Shown: positions 18,725-26,418 of the stretch, one piece after another
How the letters are laid out: each line of letters begins with the position of its first letter
How positions within the stretch are numbered: the stretch's first letter is position 1
The notes under the pieces: generated by a model
Databases searched by the model: none
What the model was told of the DNA's origin: nothing
Seen by the model: only the letters and a program-made list of their open reading frames with translations
Position numbers and translations under genes: made by a program
Origin: an uncultured Desulfobacterales bacterium
GTDB taxonomy: Bacteria > Desulfobacterota > Desulfobacteria > Desulfobacterales > CAJINA01
Direction: 5' to 3'
Assembly (NCBI GenBank): GCA_964647585.1
Contig: CAZYGG010000002.1
Span: forward strand, 89,735-153,734
Length of the DNA stretch: 64,000 bases

Positions 18725-18812
18725 GTCACTCTGAGCGGAGCGAAGAGTCCCCTACGTGCAGAGGTTGCCTTTGATTGTTGGGGATTCTTCGTCGCTACGC
18801 TCCTCAGAATGA
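18725..18812. repeat. Family B repeat, copy 2
   Basis: The arms gtcactctgagcggagcgaagagtcccc and ggggattcttcgtcgctacgctcctcagaatgac form an inverted repeat around a 27-nt spacer. Confidence 0.85.
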
Positions 18813-18847
18813 CCAAAAATTTGTTGGAACGAAATCATGGCCGCGCT

Positions 18848-18883
18848 CTAAAATAAAAACCCCGCTGATGACGGCGGGGTTTT
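18848..18883 (-). terminator. Rho-independent terminator of asd
   Basis: On the minus strand, the stem AAAACCCCGC / GCGGGGTTTT has a 7-nt loop and is followed by TTATTTT. It lies 26 nt downstream of the asd stop. Confidence 0.75.
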
Positions 18884-18908
18884 GAGATTTTACTTTTATT
18901 GATCAGTT

Positions 18909-20027
18909 TTAACCCAAGTGCTCCAGAAGAATCCGGAGCATCCGCCGCAGGGGTTCCGCCGCTCCCCACAGAAGCTGATCGCCCACGGTAAACGCGGTCA
19001 GGTAATCCGGGCCCAGGTTGAGCTTGCGGATACGGCCCACCGGCACGGTCAGGTTTCCGGAAACAGCGGCCGGCGACAGCGCTTTCAGGGTGTTTTCCTT
19101 ATCGTTGGGAACAATTATAACCCACTCATTCTGAACGCGCAGCATTTCTTCCAGTTCATCCAAAGGAATGTCCTGTTTCAGTTTAATCGTGAAGGCCTGG
19201 CTGTGGCAGCGCATGGTGCCGATACGCACACATTGACCGTCCACGGCAACGGGGTTGTTTTCCCGTCCCAGGATTTTATTGGTTTCCACCAGGCCTTTCC
19301 ATTCCTCTTTGGTCTGGCCGTTTTCCATGGGTTTGTCGATCCAGGGGATCAGGCTGCCGGCCAGGGGGGCTCCGAAATAATCAATCGGGAACCCGTCGCT
19401 GTTCAATGTGCTGGTGATGTTGCGATCCAGCTCGAGGATGGCAGACGCCGGGTTGTCCAGCTGCTCGGCACCCGCGGTTCCCAGGGCCCGCATCTGGGCG
19501 ATGAGCTCGCGCATGTTATTGGCGCCGGCACCGGAAGAGGCCTGGTAGGTCATGGAGGTGATCCATTCGATGACATCATTTTCAAAAAGCCCGGCCAGGG
19601 CCATGAGCATCAGTGAAACCGTGCAGTTGCCTCCGATATAGTCTTTGACACCGTCTGCCAGGGCCTGGTCAATCACCTTCCGGTTGACCGGATCCAGGAC
19701 AATCACGCTGTCATTTGCCATCCGGAGAGTAGAGGCGGCATCGATCCAGTAGCCCTGCCAACCTTTTCCGCGCAGTTCGGTATAGGCTTTTTCGGTATAA
19801 CCGCCGCCCTGGCAGGAGACGACGATGTCCATGGTGGACAGTGTCTTTATGTTAAAGGCATCTTCCAGTAGCGGGAGCTCCAGGCCGATCTCAGGACCCT
19901 TTTGACCGACCTGTGATGTGGTGAAAAAAAGCGGTTCAAACCCGTTAAAGTCATTTTCCGCCAGCATCCGCTCCATCAGGACCGAGCCGACCATTCCCCG
20001 CCACCCTACAATTCCGACTTTCAGCAT
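18909..20027 (-). CDS. asd: Aspartate-semialdehyde dehydrogenase
   Basis: Has VGWRGMVGSV at the N-terminus and the active-site context GGNCTVSL. The length is 372 aa (long, E. coli-type). Confidence 0.92.
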   Translation of the reverse strand: MLKVGIVGWRGMVGSVLMERMLAENDFNGFEPLFFTTSQVGQKGPEIGLELPLLEDAFNIKTLSTMDIVVSCQGGGYTEKAYTELRGKGWQGYWIDAASTLRMANDSVIVLDPVNRKVIDQALADGVKDYIGGNCTVSLMLMALAGLFENDVIEWITSMTYQASSGAGANNMRELIAQMRALGTAGAEQLDNPASAILELDRNITSTLNSDGFPIDYFGAPLAGSLIPWIDKPMENGQTKEEWKGLVETNKILGRENNPVAVDGQCVRIGTMRCHSQAFTIKLKQDIPLDELEEMLRVQNEWVIIVPNDKENTLKALSPAAVSGNLTVPVGRIRKLNLGPDYLTAFTVGDQLLWGAAEPLRRMLRILLEHLG

Positions 20028-20174
20028 TTTCAGGCTACCTCCGACTGTATGGTAATGAGTTCAGTATGAATCAATTTCAATAGGTTGCCTGAATCAGGTT
20101 GTCAAGGCAATTTGCAAAACCCGGCGGATTGGTATAGGGATAATCCAAAACATGATACAGGGGAAACCGAGTTT

Positions 20175-20642
20175 ATGAAAGAGCAACTGGAAACCATCAC
20201 CATCCCCAAGGAAGACGCTGTTTTCTGGCTGGACACCGAAGGCCGGTGGCACAACGAGCACGGCCCCTTCGAGCATCCCAAGGTCAGCGCCTATTTTCAC
20301 GCCTGCATCCAGCATGACGCAGATGGCTATTACGTAGGGCAGGAAAGAGACTCGGTTTATGAGAAGGTCTACTTTCGTTATGAAGATACGGCCCTGTTCG
20401 TTTTCAGGGTGGACATTGGCGCGGAAGATATCACACTGCGGCTGAATACCGGCCTGCAGATAACGCTGGCGCCGGACACGTTGTCCATAAAGGCCGACCA
20501 CCTGTACACCCGGACCCCCCAGGGGGTTGCCAGGTTTAACCAATCCAGCCTGTTGGAGATTTCAAAACAGATGGAAGATGAAAACGGCGACCTTTTCATC
20601 AGGGTCGGCAACGCGCGCTTCAAGGTGGCCGGGCAGCTTTAA
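20175..20642 (+). CDS. DUF1285-like hypothetical protein
   Basis: An internal ATG at 20175 was chosen. The pattern WLDTEGRWHNEHGPFEHPKVSAYFH resembles DUF1285. The family assignment is tentative. Confidence 0.5.
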   Translation: MKEQLETITIPKEDAVFWLDTEGRWHNEHGPFEHPKVSAYFHACIQHDADGYYVGQERDSVYEKVYFRYEDTALFVFRVDIGAEDITLRLNTGLQITLAPDTLSIKADHLYTRTPQGVARFNQSSLLEISKQMEDENGDLFIRVGNARFKVAGQL

Positions 20643-20779
20643 AGCGCCCCGGACCTATCCCCGTCGGCGCACACTTTCTGCAAATCGTTCGCTTGCCGCC
20701 GCAAACCGTAACTGTTCGGATTCGAAGCAAATCGAACCTATCCGGGGCATCGGTACGCCCCGCTGCAATTTAAAAGGTT

Positions 20780-20808
20780 TTGACGGATCTAACCGGGTGG
20801 CCTATAAT
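20780..20808 (+). promoter_or_regulatory. Near-consensus sigma-70 promoter with no adjacent gene
   Basis: TTGACG (20780-20785), a 17-nt spacer, then TATAAT (20803-20808). The next credible start codon is at 21194. Confidence 0.5.
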
Positions 20809-20956
20809 TATTCTATCGTTTCAGGCCATCTTACTCTTTGCGATTTGAACCTCTATCAATCGTGGTTGCTGTATTACCAAGCCTCTTCCTCTACTCCTTG
20901 ACATTTCATTATCAAGCTCTTTTCTGATCAGCGGGATTTTTACTAGAGACCGTTAT

Positions 20957-21154
20957 GAAGCTATCTCAAAAAACGGATTTTGGTTCCCCGCAAAAAGTGC
21001 GCGGGATCTGCGACAAGTCAAGGCGGGCGCTACATTCGAACCGGAGGTGCCAGCGAAGCCAATGCCTTGCGTGGTAAATACTCCAGTATTTCGAGGATTT
21101 GAATTTAGCGCCCAACGCCGCGATTGGGCCAAAAGACTTTTTTGAGATAGCTTC
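20957..21154. mobile_element. Family G MITE-like element (198 bp) with perfect 17-bp terminal inverted repeats
   Basis: The TIRs are gaagctatctcaaaaaa (20957-20973) and ttttttgagatagcttc (21138-21154). It has no coding capacity. A shorter copy lies at 59045-59175, sharing ...gtgcgcgggatctgcgacaagt...aaccggaggtgccagcgaagccaatgcc... Confidence 0.8.
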
Positions 21155-21193
21155 ATGTCTCTTCACCGTAACCCCAGAAGAAAGGAGGCCCCT

Positions 21194-21742
21194 ATGGAAC
21201 CCCACACTATGCATTATGACACGATTACCCGACTGACAACCGCCATCTCCCAGTGCAAGGAACCGGAAGACGTCGCCCTGATTACGGCGGAAAGTGTCAA
21301 AACCGCCTTCAATGCCAAAGGCTGTTCGGTGTTTCTGGTGGATCGGGCCACCCGCGAACTGGGCTTGGTGGCCTCCTTCGGTTTAAGTACGGAATATCTC
21401 AACAAGGGGCCGATTCATTTCATGCAGTCTATCCAGGAGGCCAATGATGCCGTGCCCATAGCCATTTTCGATGTAATGGACGATCCCCGGATCGAGTATC
21501 CCGAGGAGGCCCGTAAGGAGGGCATTGCTTCATTGCTGGGTGTGCCGATCGTCAGCCGGAGCAAACTCATCGGGGCGCTAAGGGTTTACACAGCCAGTCC
21601 CTGGGAGTTTTCGCCGAGTGACATTACCCTATTCCAGGCGGTTGCAATGATATGCGGGATGGCCATTGAGATGTGCCGGATGAAAAAGGGCTATAAAACC
21701 AGTATTGAGATTCTGAAAGACATGCGTGACAAAACCGCTTAG
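21194..21742 (+). CDS. Stand-alone GAF domain protein
   Basis: The ATG at 21194 follows AAGGAGG. The GAF-like core is GCSVFLVDRATRELGLVASFGLS...SLLGVPIVSRSKLIGALRVY. Confidence 0.7.
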   Translation: MEPHTMHYDTITRLTTAISQCKEPEDVALITAESVKTAFNAKGCSVFLVDRATRELGLVASFGLSTEYLNKGPIHFMQSIQEANDAVPIAIFDVMDDPRIEYPEEARKEGIASLLGVPIVSRSKLIGALRVYTASPWEFSPSDITLFQAVAMICGMAIEMCRMKKGYKTSIEILKDMRDKTA

Positions 21743-21755
21743 GGTGTGCCTGAAT

Positions 21756-21783
21756 GAACACCTCTACAGGGTGTTCCTTTTAG
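21756..21783 (+). terminator. Rho-independent terminator after the GAF gene
   Basis: GAACACC-tctacag-GGTGTTC followed by CTTTTAG. Confidence 0.6.
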
Positions 21784-21904
21784 TGTGAACCCATCCATTT
21801 GTGATTATTAAGCCTGCGGCAAGGATGATCGAATACTGTGGCGCTGAGGGTTTGCGGTGATGATTCCTGTTGGGCAGAGTGTGGATATTATAGCTGGGCG
21901 CCTG

Positions 21905-22114
21905 CTATAGGGCCGATTGACCCTCAGGCCCATCGCGCCTTTCAAAAACCGTATGGGTTACTGGTGACCGCCTGCGCCGGTCAAACCCGCTTCTTCTTTT
22001 CCAGTTGGTCCTGCGTTCAAGCTCCGGCGGGAGGGAAACCAGCACCCGCCGGTCCTTAACTCGCCGGCGCCCCCCACAATCCTCCCTGAATCCAAAGATG
22101 TTTGGTTGGTTCAT
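21905..22114 (-). CDS. Small arginine-rich protein with repeated RR..DRR motifs (69 aa)
   Basis: The ATG at 22114 is preceded by GAGGTG 8 nt upstream. The sequence contains GGRRRVKDRRV, ELERRTNWKRRSGFDRRRR and FERRDG. Confidence 0.4.
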   Translation of the reverse strand: MNQPNIFGFREDCGGRRRVKDRRVLVSLPPELERRTNWKRRSGFDRRRRSPVTHTVFERRDGPEGQSAL

Positions 22115-22144
22115 TTTAAGCACCTCATTTAAAATTTAGGTTCT

Positions 22145-22540
22145 TCTCCAATTTAGTTGGAGATGAGGGGCCAAGGATTCAAGGGTTTGTTCTCTAAAAG
22201 CTTTTAATATTCTATCTATTTCCACTATGTCTATGTTTAGGGTACCCAATTCACCTTTTTCAAATAAATCCAAAGCCCAATTATCTCTAAACAAAGCCCG
22301 TATGAATTTTGTCAGGCCTTCAACGATTTGTAATTATTTGAGCAGTCGGGGAGTTTTTATCGTCATGCCGGTCCCGGATCACGTCCGGGATGACGTATCC
22401 GGCATCCAGAGCTTTTCCCTTAATACGAACTGGATCCCGACCTTCGCCGGGATGACGGGCATTTAGCAGGAAAACTCCCCGATCCTTGAATTATTAAGCA
22501 TTTCACTCGAACCCTTGAATCCGAGACCCCTTGGCCCCTC
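22145..22540. repeat. Composite nested repeat: hairpin, family D arms, AT-rich core and a family C element (22345-22483)
   Basis: The outer inverted arms are gaggggccaaggattcaagggtt (22165-22187) and aacccttgaatccgagaccccttggcccctc (22510-22540). The inner family C copy is gtcggggagtttttatcgtcatgccgg...tggatcccgaccttcgccgggatgacggg...aaaactccccgat. Confidence 0.8.
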
Positions 22541-22709
22541 TGGGGAACACCTGTTCAATTAGAGATGATCCAAAAATTAAAAGAGAAAAGTGAGTTCAGA
22601 TTCTTTACAGCGGCAGGGATCGCACAGAGTGGTGATCGGCTTATCAGGGCGTACGCAACGCTAGGTGGTCATTCCAATGCCCACATACTAATAAATATGG
22701 GTATTTTTT

Positions 22710-23831
22710 TCAATATGTCAAAAACGGCAGGCGGTAAAAACCCACCCCTATTTTTCCCAGTGGCCAACCCAGGGCAAACCCTTTCATCAGGGCGTTTTTT
22801 ACAGGTCTGGATGTCAGGGCCCAATGCCCGAAGACGGGCATCCGATAGAACCACATAGATGTAAACCGACAGAGCTGCAGATCCCGGCGGATATTTTTCA
22901 GAAGGCTGTCGTAGATATAACCCGCAGTTTTATTGGGTGATTCTGACAAAACAACAGCTCGGGCAGCCAGCTGCCCGCTGCGAACGGCGTTAAAAAGGCC
23001 TTCGCCCAGCAGCGGATCTACCAGCCCGGCCGCGTCACCGGCCAGGAGGATGCGCCGGCAGCGGGGCCGGTAGAGCCACCCCCCCATGCCCATGGGGTGT
23101 CCGGACAGGTTTTCAATATCCCCGCTCCCGAGTTTCCGCCGGGCATAGGTCACAAGATCCTGCTTTTTTAAGGTGATGGCCGGGCTGCCGGTAAAAAGAC
23201 CGATGTTGACATGGTCGCCTTTTGGAAAAAGCCAGCCGTACCCAGATCCGATGACATTGAAATCGAAAGCCATGCAGGGTGGATTTCCCGCGTTTATGGG
23301 AAAAGTTCCCTCAATGGCAAAACCCTGGTAATAGTGTGCAAAATCGCCGGAAAGTTTGCGAATACGGCTGTGTGCGCCGTCGGCCCCGATCAGGAACTTG
23401 GCCCTGAGCGGGCCGGCCCTGGTCTGTATCTCGACAAAATCCCGATTTTCCCGGATAGCCTGGATCCGGGCGGTTGTCTTGAACCGGGCGCCGGCGGCCA
23501 GGGTTTTTTCGAGGCAGAAGGCATCCAGCTCAGAGCGAAGGGTCATCGCACAGATTTCCCGGCGGCCGTTAAAACGGACCGGTCGGGAAAAGCCTTTGCC
23601 GATTTCCAGGTTGCGGCAACGGTTTCTAATCACGGGGTCCACCGGATAGCGAAAAGCCTTGAGCGTCTTGACGGTCAGGCCGCCGGCACAGGCTTTGTGT
23701 CGGGGAAAATCGTGTCGATCCAGCAAGAGCACCGATTTGCCGGCCCGGCACAGATCATAGGCCGCGGCTGTACCGGCGGGTCCCGCGCCCACGATCAGGA
23801 CATCGACATCGGTGGTGAGTGTTTGTGGCAT
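22710..23831 (-). CDS. FAD-dependent oxidoreductase (geranylgeranyl reductase family)
   Basis: Has the dinucleotide-binding motif DVLIVGAGPAGTAAAYDLCRAGKSVLLLDR and a later GDAAG motif. Confidence 0.8.
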   Translation of the reverse strand: MPQTLTTDVDVLIVGAGPAGTAAAYDLCRAGKSVLLLDRHDFPRHKACAGGLTVKTLKAFRYPVDPVIRNRCRNLEIGKGFSRPVRFNGRREICAMTLRSELDAFCLEKTLAAGARFKTTARIQAIRENRDFVEIQTRAGPLRAKFLIGADGAHSRIRKLSGDFAHYYQGFAIEGTFPINAGNPPCMAFDFNVIGSGYGWLFPKGDHVNIGLFTGSPAITLKKQDLVTYARRKLGSGDIENLSGHPMGMGGWLYRPRCRRILLAGDAAGLVDPLLGEGLFNAVRSGQLAARAVVLSESPNKTAGYIYDSLLKNIRRDLQLCRFTSMWFYRMPVFGHWALTSRPVKNALMKGFALGWPLGKIGVGFYRLPFLTY

Positions 23832-23936
23832 CTTCCGAGCCTTTTTTCAAATCTATTAAAACCTGCTTGACGCCTTACAGCAGGTTCCTTATGATGCGTG
23901 GCTTTTTCAACCGCAATTATCTTAGCAGAGTGAGCC

Positions 23937-25112
23937 ATGGAAAAAAAGCCGGTATCGATGAATATAAAAGTTATCTTCGCTCTTACGCTCGTTCATTTTA
24001 CCGGAGACTTTTACAGTGCCTTCACGGCCCCGTTGTTCCCGGTTTTTATGGAGAAGCTTAACCTGTCCCTGGCCCAGGTTGGTTTTATTGCCGGGCTCAA
24101 CCGGTTTCTGGCGTTCATTGTCCAGCCGACGGTGGGGTACCTGGCGGATCGTTATCAGAACCGTCTGTTTATCCTGGGGGGACTCTTTTTGACGGTGGTC
24201 TTCATTCCCCTTTCCGGCATTGCCGCTTCCTTCTGGCCGCTGCTCGTGTTTATCTGCATCGGATCCGTGGGGTCCTCCATGTTTCATCCTGCGGTGGCCG
24301 GTATGGTCCCGCTCTATTCTGGCCGCCGGACCGGCCTGGCCATGTCGATTTTCAATACCGGGGGGACTCTGGCTTTCGGCGTGGGGCCGTTGGTGGTTAC
24401 CTGGCTGGTGGTCACCTGGGGACTGGAAGCTCTACCAGTGGCCATGCTTTTTGGATTGGTCGTGCTGGTCTATGTTTACTTTACGGTTCCCTGCCCGGAA
24501 AGCGAGGGACTGCGGCACCTGGGTTTTTTCGGGACCCTGAAAGAGACCCTGGGCCCGGCATTCAAGCCGATTGTGCTGATCTGGCTGGTGATGGTGCTAA
24601 GGGCGGTGGTGGGTCAGTCCTTTTTGACCTTTATGCCTGTATTTTATGTACAAAAAGGTTATTCGCTGGTGGCCGCCGGGGTGATGTTCTCGCTGTTCAC
24701 CATTGCCGGAACGGTGAGCGGGATTGTGTCGGGGTACCTGTCGGACCGGATCGGATATAAATCCATTTTTATGGTCACCCATTTTTGTATGACGCCGGCC
24801 CTGGTTCTGTTGCTCTATCTGCCGGGCAACTGGGTTTATGCCGGGGCCGTTCTCGCCGGCGGTTTCGTCCTGGCCACCATGCCCCTGGGGGTTACCATGG
24901 CACAGGCCCTGGCCCCTAAAGGCCGCTCCATGGTTTCCAGCCTGATGATGGGCCTTGCCTACGGATTGGGCGGCGCCCTGTCGCCGGTGGTGGGAAAACT
25001 TGCGGACCTCTACTCCATTGAAAGGGTACTTTTTGTGGTGGCCTTTATCCCCCTTCTGACGCTGGGGTTTATTAATTTCTTCCCCCGGGTGGGAAGTCAG
25101 GATGGAAGGTAG
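23937..25112 (+). CDS. MFS transporter
   Basis: About 12 hydrophobic segments, with the MFS loop motif GYLADRYQNR between TM2 and TM3. Confidence 0.8.
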   Translation: MEKKPVSMNIKVIFALTLVHFTGDFYSAFTAPLFPVFMEKLNLSLAQVGFIAGLNRFLAFIVQPTVGYLADRYQNRLFILGGLFLTVVFIPLSGIAASFWPLLVFICIGSVGSSMFHPAVAGMVPLYSGRRTGLAMSIFNTGGTLAFGVGPLVVTWLVVTWGLEALPVAMLFGLVVLVYVYFTVPCPESEGLRHLGFFGTLKETLGPAFKPIVLIWLVMVLRAVVGQSFLTFMPVFYVQKGYSLVAAGVMFSLFTIAGTVSGIVSGYLSDRIGYKSIFMVTHFCMTPALVLLLYLPGNWVYAGAVLAGGFVLATMPLGVTMAQALAPKGRSMVSSLMMGLAYGLGGALSPVVGKLADLYSIERVLFVVAFIPLLTLGFINFFPRVGSQDGR

Positions 25113-25196
25113 AAGGCTGAAGACTGAAGGTAAGGGCGGAGGATCAAGAGCAAGAAAAGTGCAGAGGGTTGATGGCGTATTTTCTAATATAATTCA

Positions 25197-25315
25197 GGGG
25201 CGGTGAGTTTTTGTCCTCATGCCGGCGCAGGTCGGCATCTATAGTTGTTTCTTTAAAACGAACTGGATCCCGGCCTTCGCCGGGATGACGGGCAATTAAT
25301 TGGAAACCTTCCGAC
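25197..25315. repeat. Family C repeat, copy 2, flanked by low-complexity arms
   Basis: The core is ggcggtgagtttttgtcctcatgccggcgcaggtcggcatc...tggatcccggccttcgccgggatgacggg. The flanks are gaaggctgaagactgaagg (25113-) and ccttcagccttcagtcttc (25352-). Confidence 0.8.
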
Positions 25316-25372
25316 TGTTCAACAAACAGGCCGGCGGGTCTCGCGATTTTACTTCAGCCTTCAGTCTTCAAC

Positions 25373-25687
25373 CTATATACCTAAGTACCTTGCCCCCGCC
25401 ACAATGATCATGCCGCTGAGCATGGCCACAAAAACGTTGCCGGTCCGCCAGACCAGTAAAGCTGTAGCCAGCGCAGCCAGGCAGCCCCACAAGCCGGCCG
25501 CGAGGATACCCGGTGCCACCAGCGCCACCAGGATCGTTCCGGGGAGCGCTTCCATGAACTCTTTGAACCGGCCGGTGCTGGGCAATTTTTCAGATAAGAG
25601 CAGACCGCCGAAGCGAAAAGCGTAGGTTACCAGGGCGGCCCCGGCAATGGCCAGGATCACGGTGAGATTGCTCTCAGGAAAGTTCAT
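25373..25687 (-). CDS. azlD: AzlD-family branched-chain amino acid transport protein
   Basis: A 104-aa hydrophobic protein that overlaps the 3' end of the azlC-like gene. Confidence 0.7.
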   Translation of the reverse strand: MNFPESNLTVILAIAGAALVTYAFRFGGLLLSEKLPSTGRFKEFMEALPGTILVALVAPGILAAGLWGCLAALATALLVWRTGNVFVAMLSGMIIVAGARYLGI

Positions 25688-26363
25688 GGGGTTTCTCCTT
25701 CCGCAGCAATTGCAACAGGGCGCCGCCCACGCCCCCTACCACGATATACCATTTCCCGGGGAGCATTTTTTCTGACAGGATTGCGAGGATGGCCGCGCCG
25801 GCCCACGGCAGCAAGTCGCCTTTCCCGCGCCACAGGCTGACCGCCAGGGCGGTAAAAACCGCTGTAAAAGCAAAATCGAGGGCCAGGGTTTCGGGATTGC
25901 GCACCAGCGCCCCGAGTCGGTGGCCGCAAAGGGTCCCGAAGGACCACACGAAGAAAAGGCAGAGACCGCCGCCCAGCAGGAACCAGATGGTGGCTGTCCC
26001 CTTGCGGCGGGCCGCCATGGTAACCGCCCAGTTTTCGTCGGCCACCAGGTGCATGATCGTGGACTTCTGGGTGAGTGTGGCTTCCTGGAACAACGGGTTG
26101 AGCGAGGCCCCGATCAGGAGATAGCGCAGATTGATGATCATGACTGCGAAGATCATCTCCAGGACCGGCAGGTGCGGCGCCCACATGTCCACCATGACAA
26201 ACTGGGCGGAGCCGGCAAATATCGACAGGTTCATAATGAGCAGTTCCAGCCAGGTCACATCTTTCTGCGCGGCCAGGACACCCAGGACGCTGCCGTAGGC
26301 CACCACACTGGCTGCCACGGGCAGGTTGGCCACGGCCCCTTTTTGCATTTGTTGTATTATCAT
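25674..26363 (-). CDS. azlC: AzlC-family branched-chain amino acid transporter subunit
   Basis: A polytopic membrane protein paired with azlD. The ATG at 26363 follows GAGG (the alternative GTG at 26408 is less likely). Confidence 0.7.
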   Translation of the reverse strand: MIIQQMQKGAVANLPVAASVVAYGSVLGVLAAQKDVTWLELLIMNLSIFAGSAQFVMVDMWAPHLPVLEMIFAVMIINLRYLLIGASLNPLFQEATLTQKSTIMHLVADENWAVTMAARRKGTATIWFLLGGGLCLFFVWSFGTLCGHRLGALVRNPETLALDFAFTAVFTALAVSLWRGKGDLLPWAGAAILAILSEKMLPGKWYIVVGGVGGALLQLLRKEKPHELS

Positions 26364-26418
26364 CCCTATCAACCTCAAAAAGTATTGTCGCGTGCAAAGA
26401 CGCAACACCTAAAGATTT

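Noticed and set aside
22150-22330. A stop-free 59-codon minus-strand frame (…KFIRALFRDNWALDLFEKGELGTLNIDIVEIDRILKAFREQ…) in the AT-rich core of the composite repeat.
   Set aside because: It has no ATG or credible start and no RBS, and it ends inside the repeat arms. It may be a gene remnant captured by the element, but I cannot support it as a CDS.
22227-22466. Track ORFs that translate the repeat elements: 22227-22466, 34648-34926, 34738-34935, 36754-37089, 39579-39872, 28833-29285 and 22565-22858.
   Set aside because: Their sequences are simply readings of family B/C/E/F repeats (for example the recurring ...IPAFAGMTG... peptide). The same peptides appear on both strands and in several loci, and none has an RBS.
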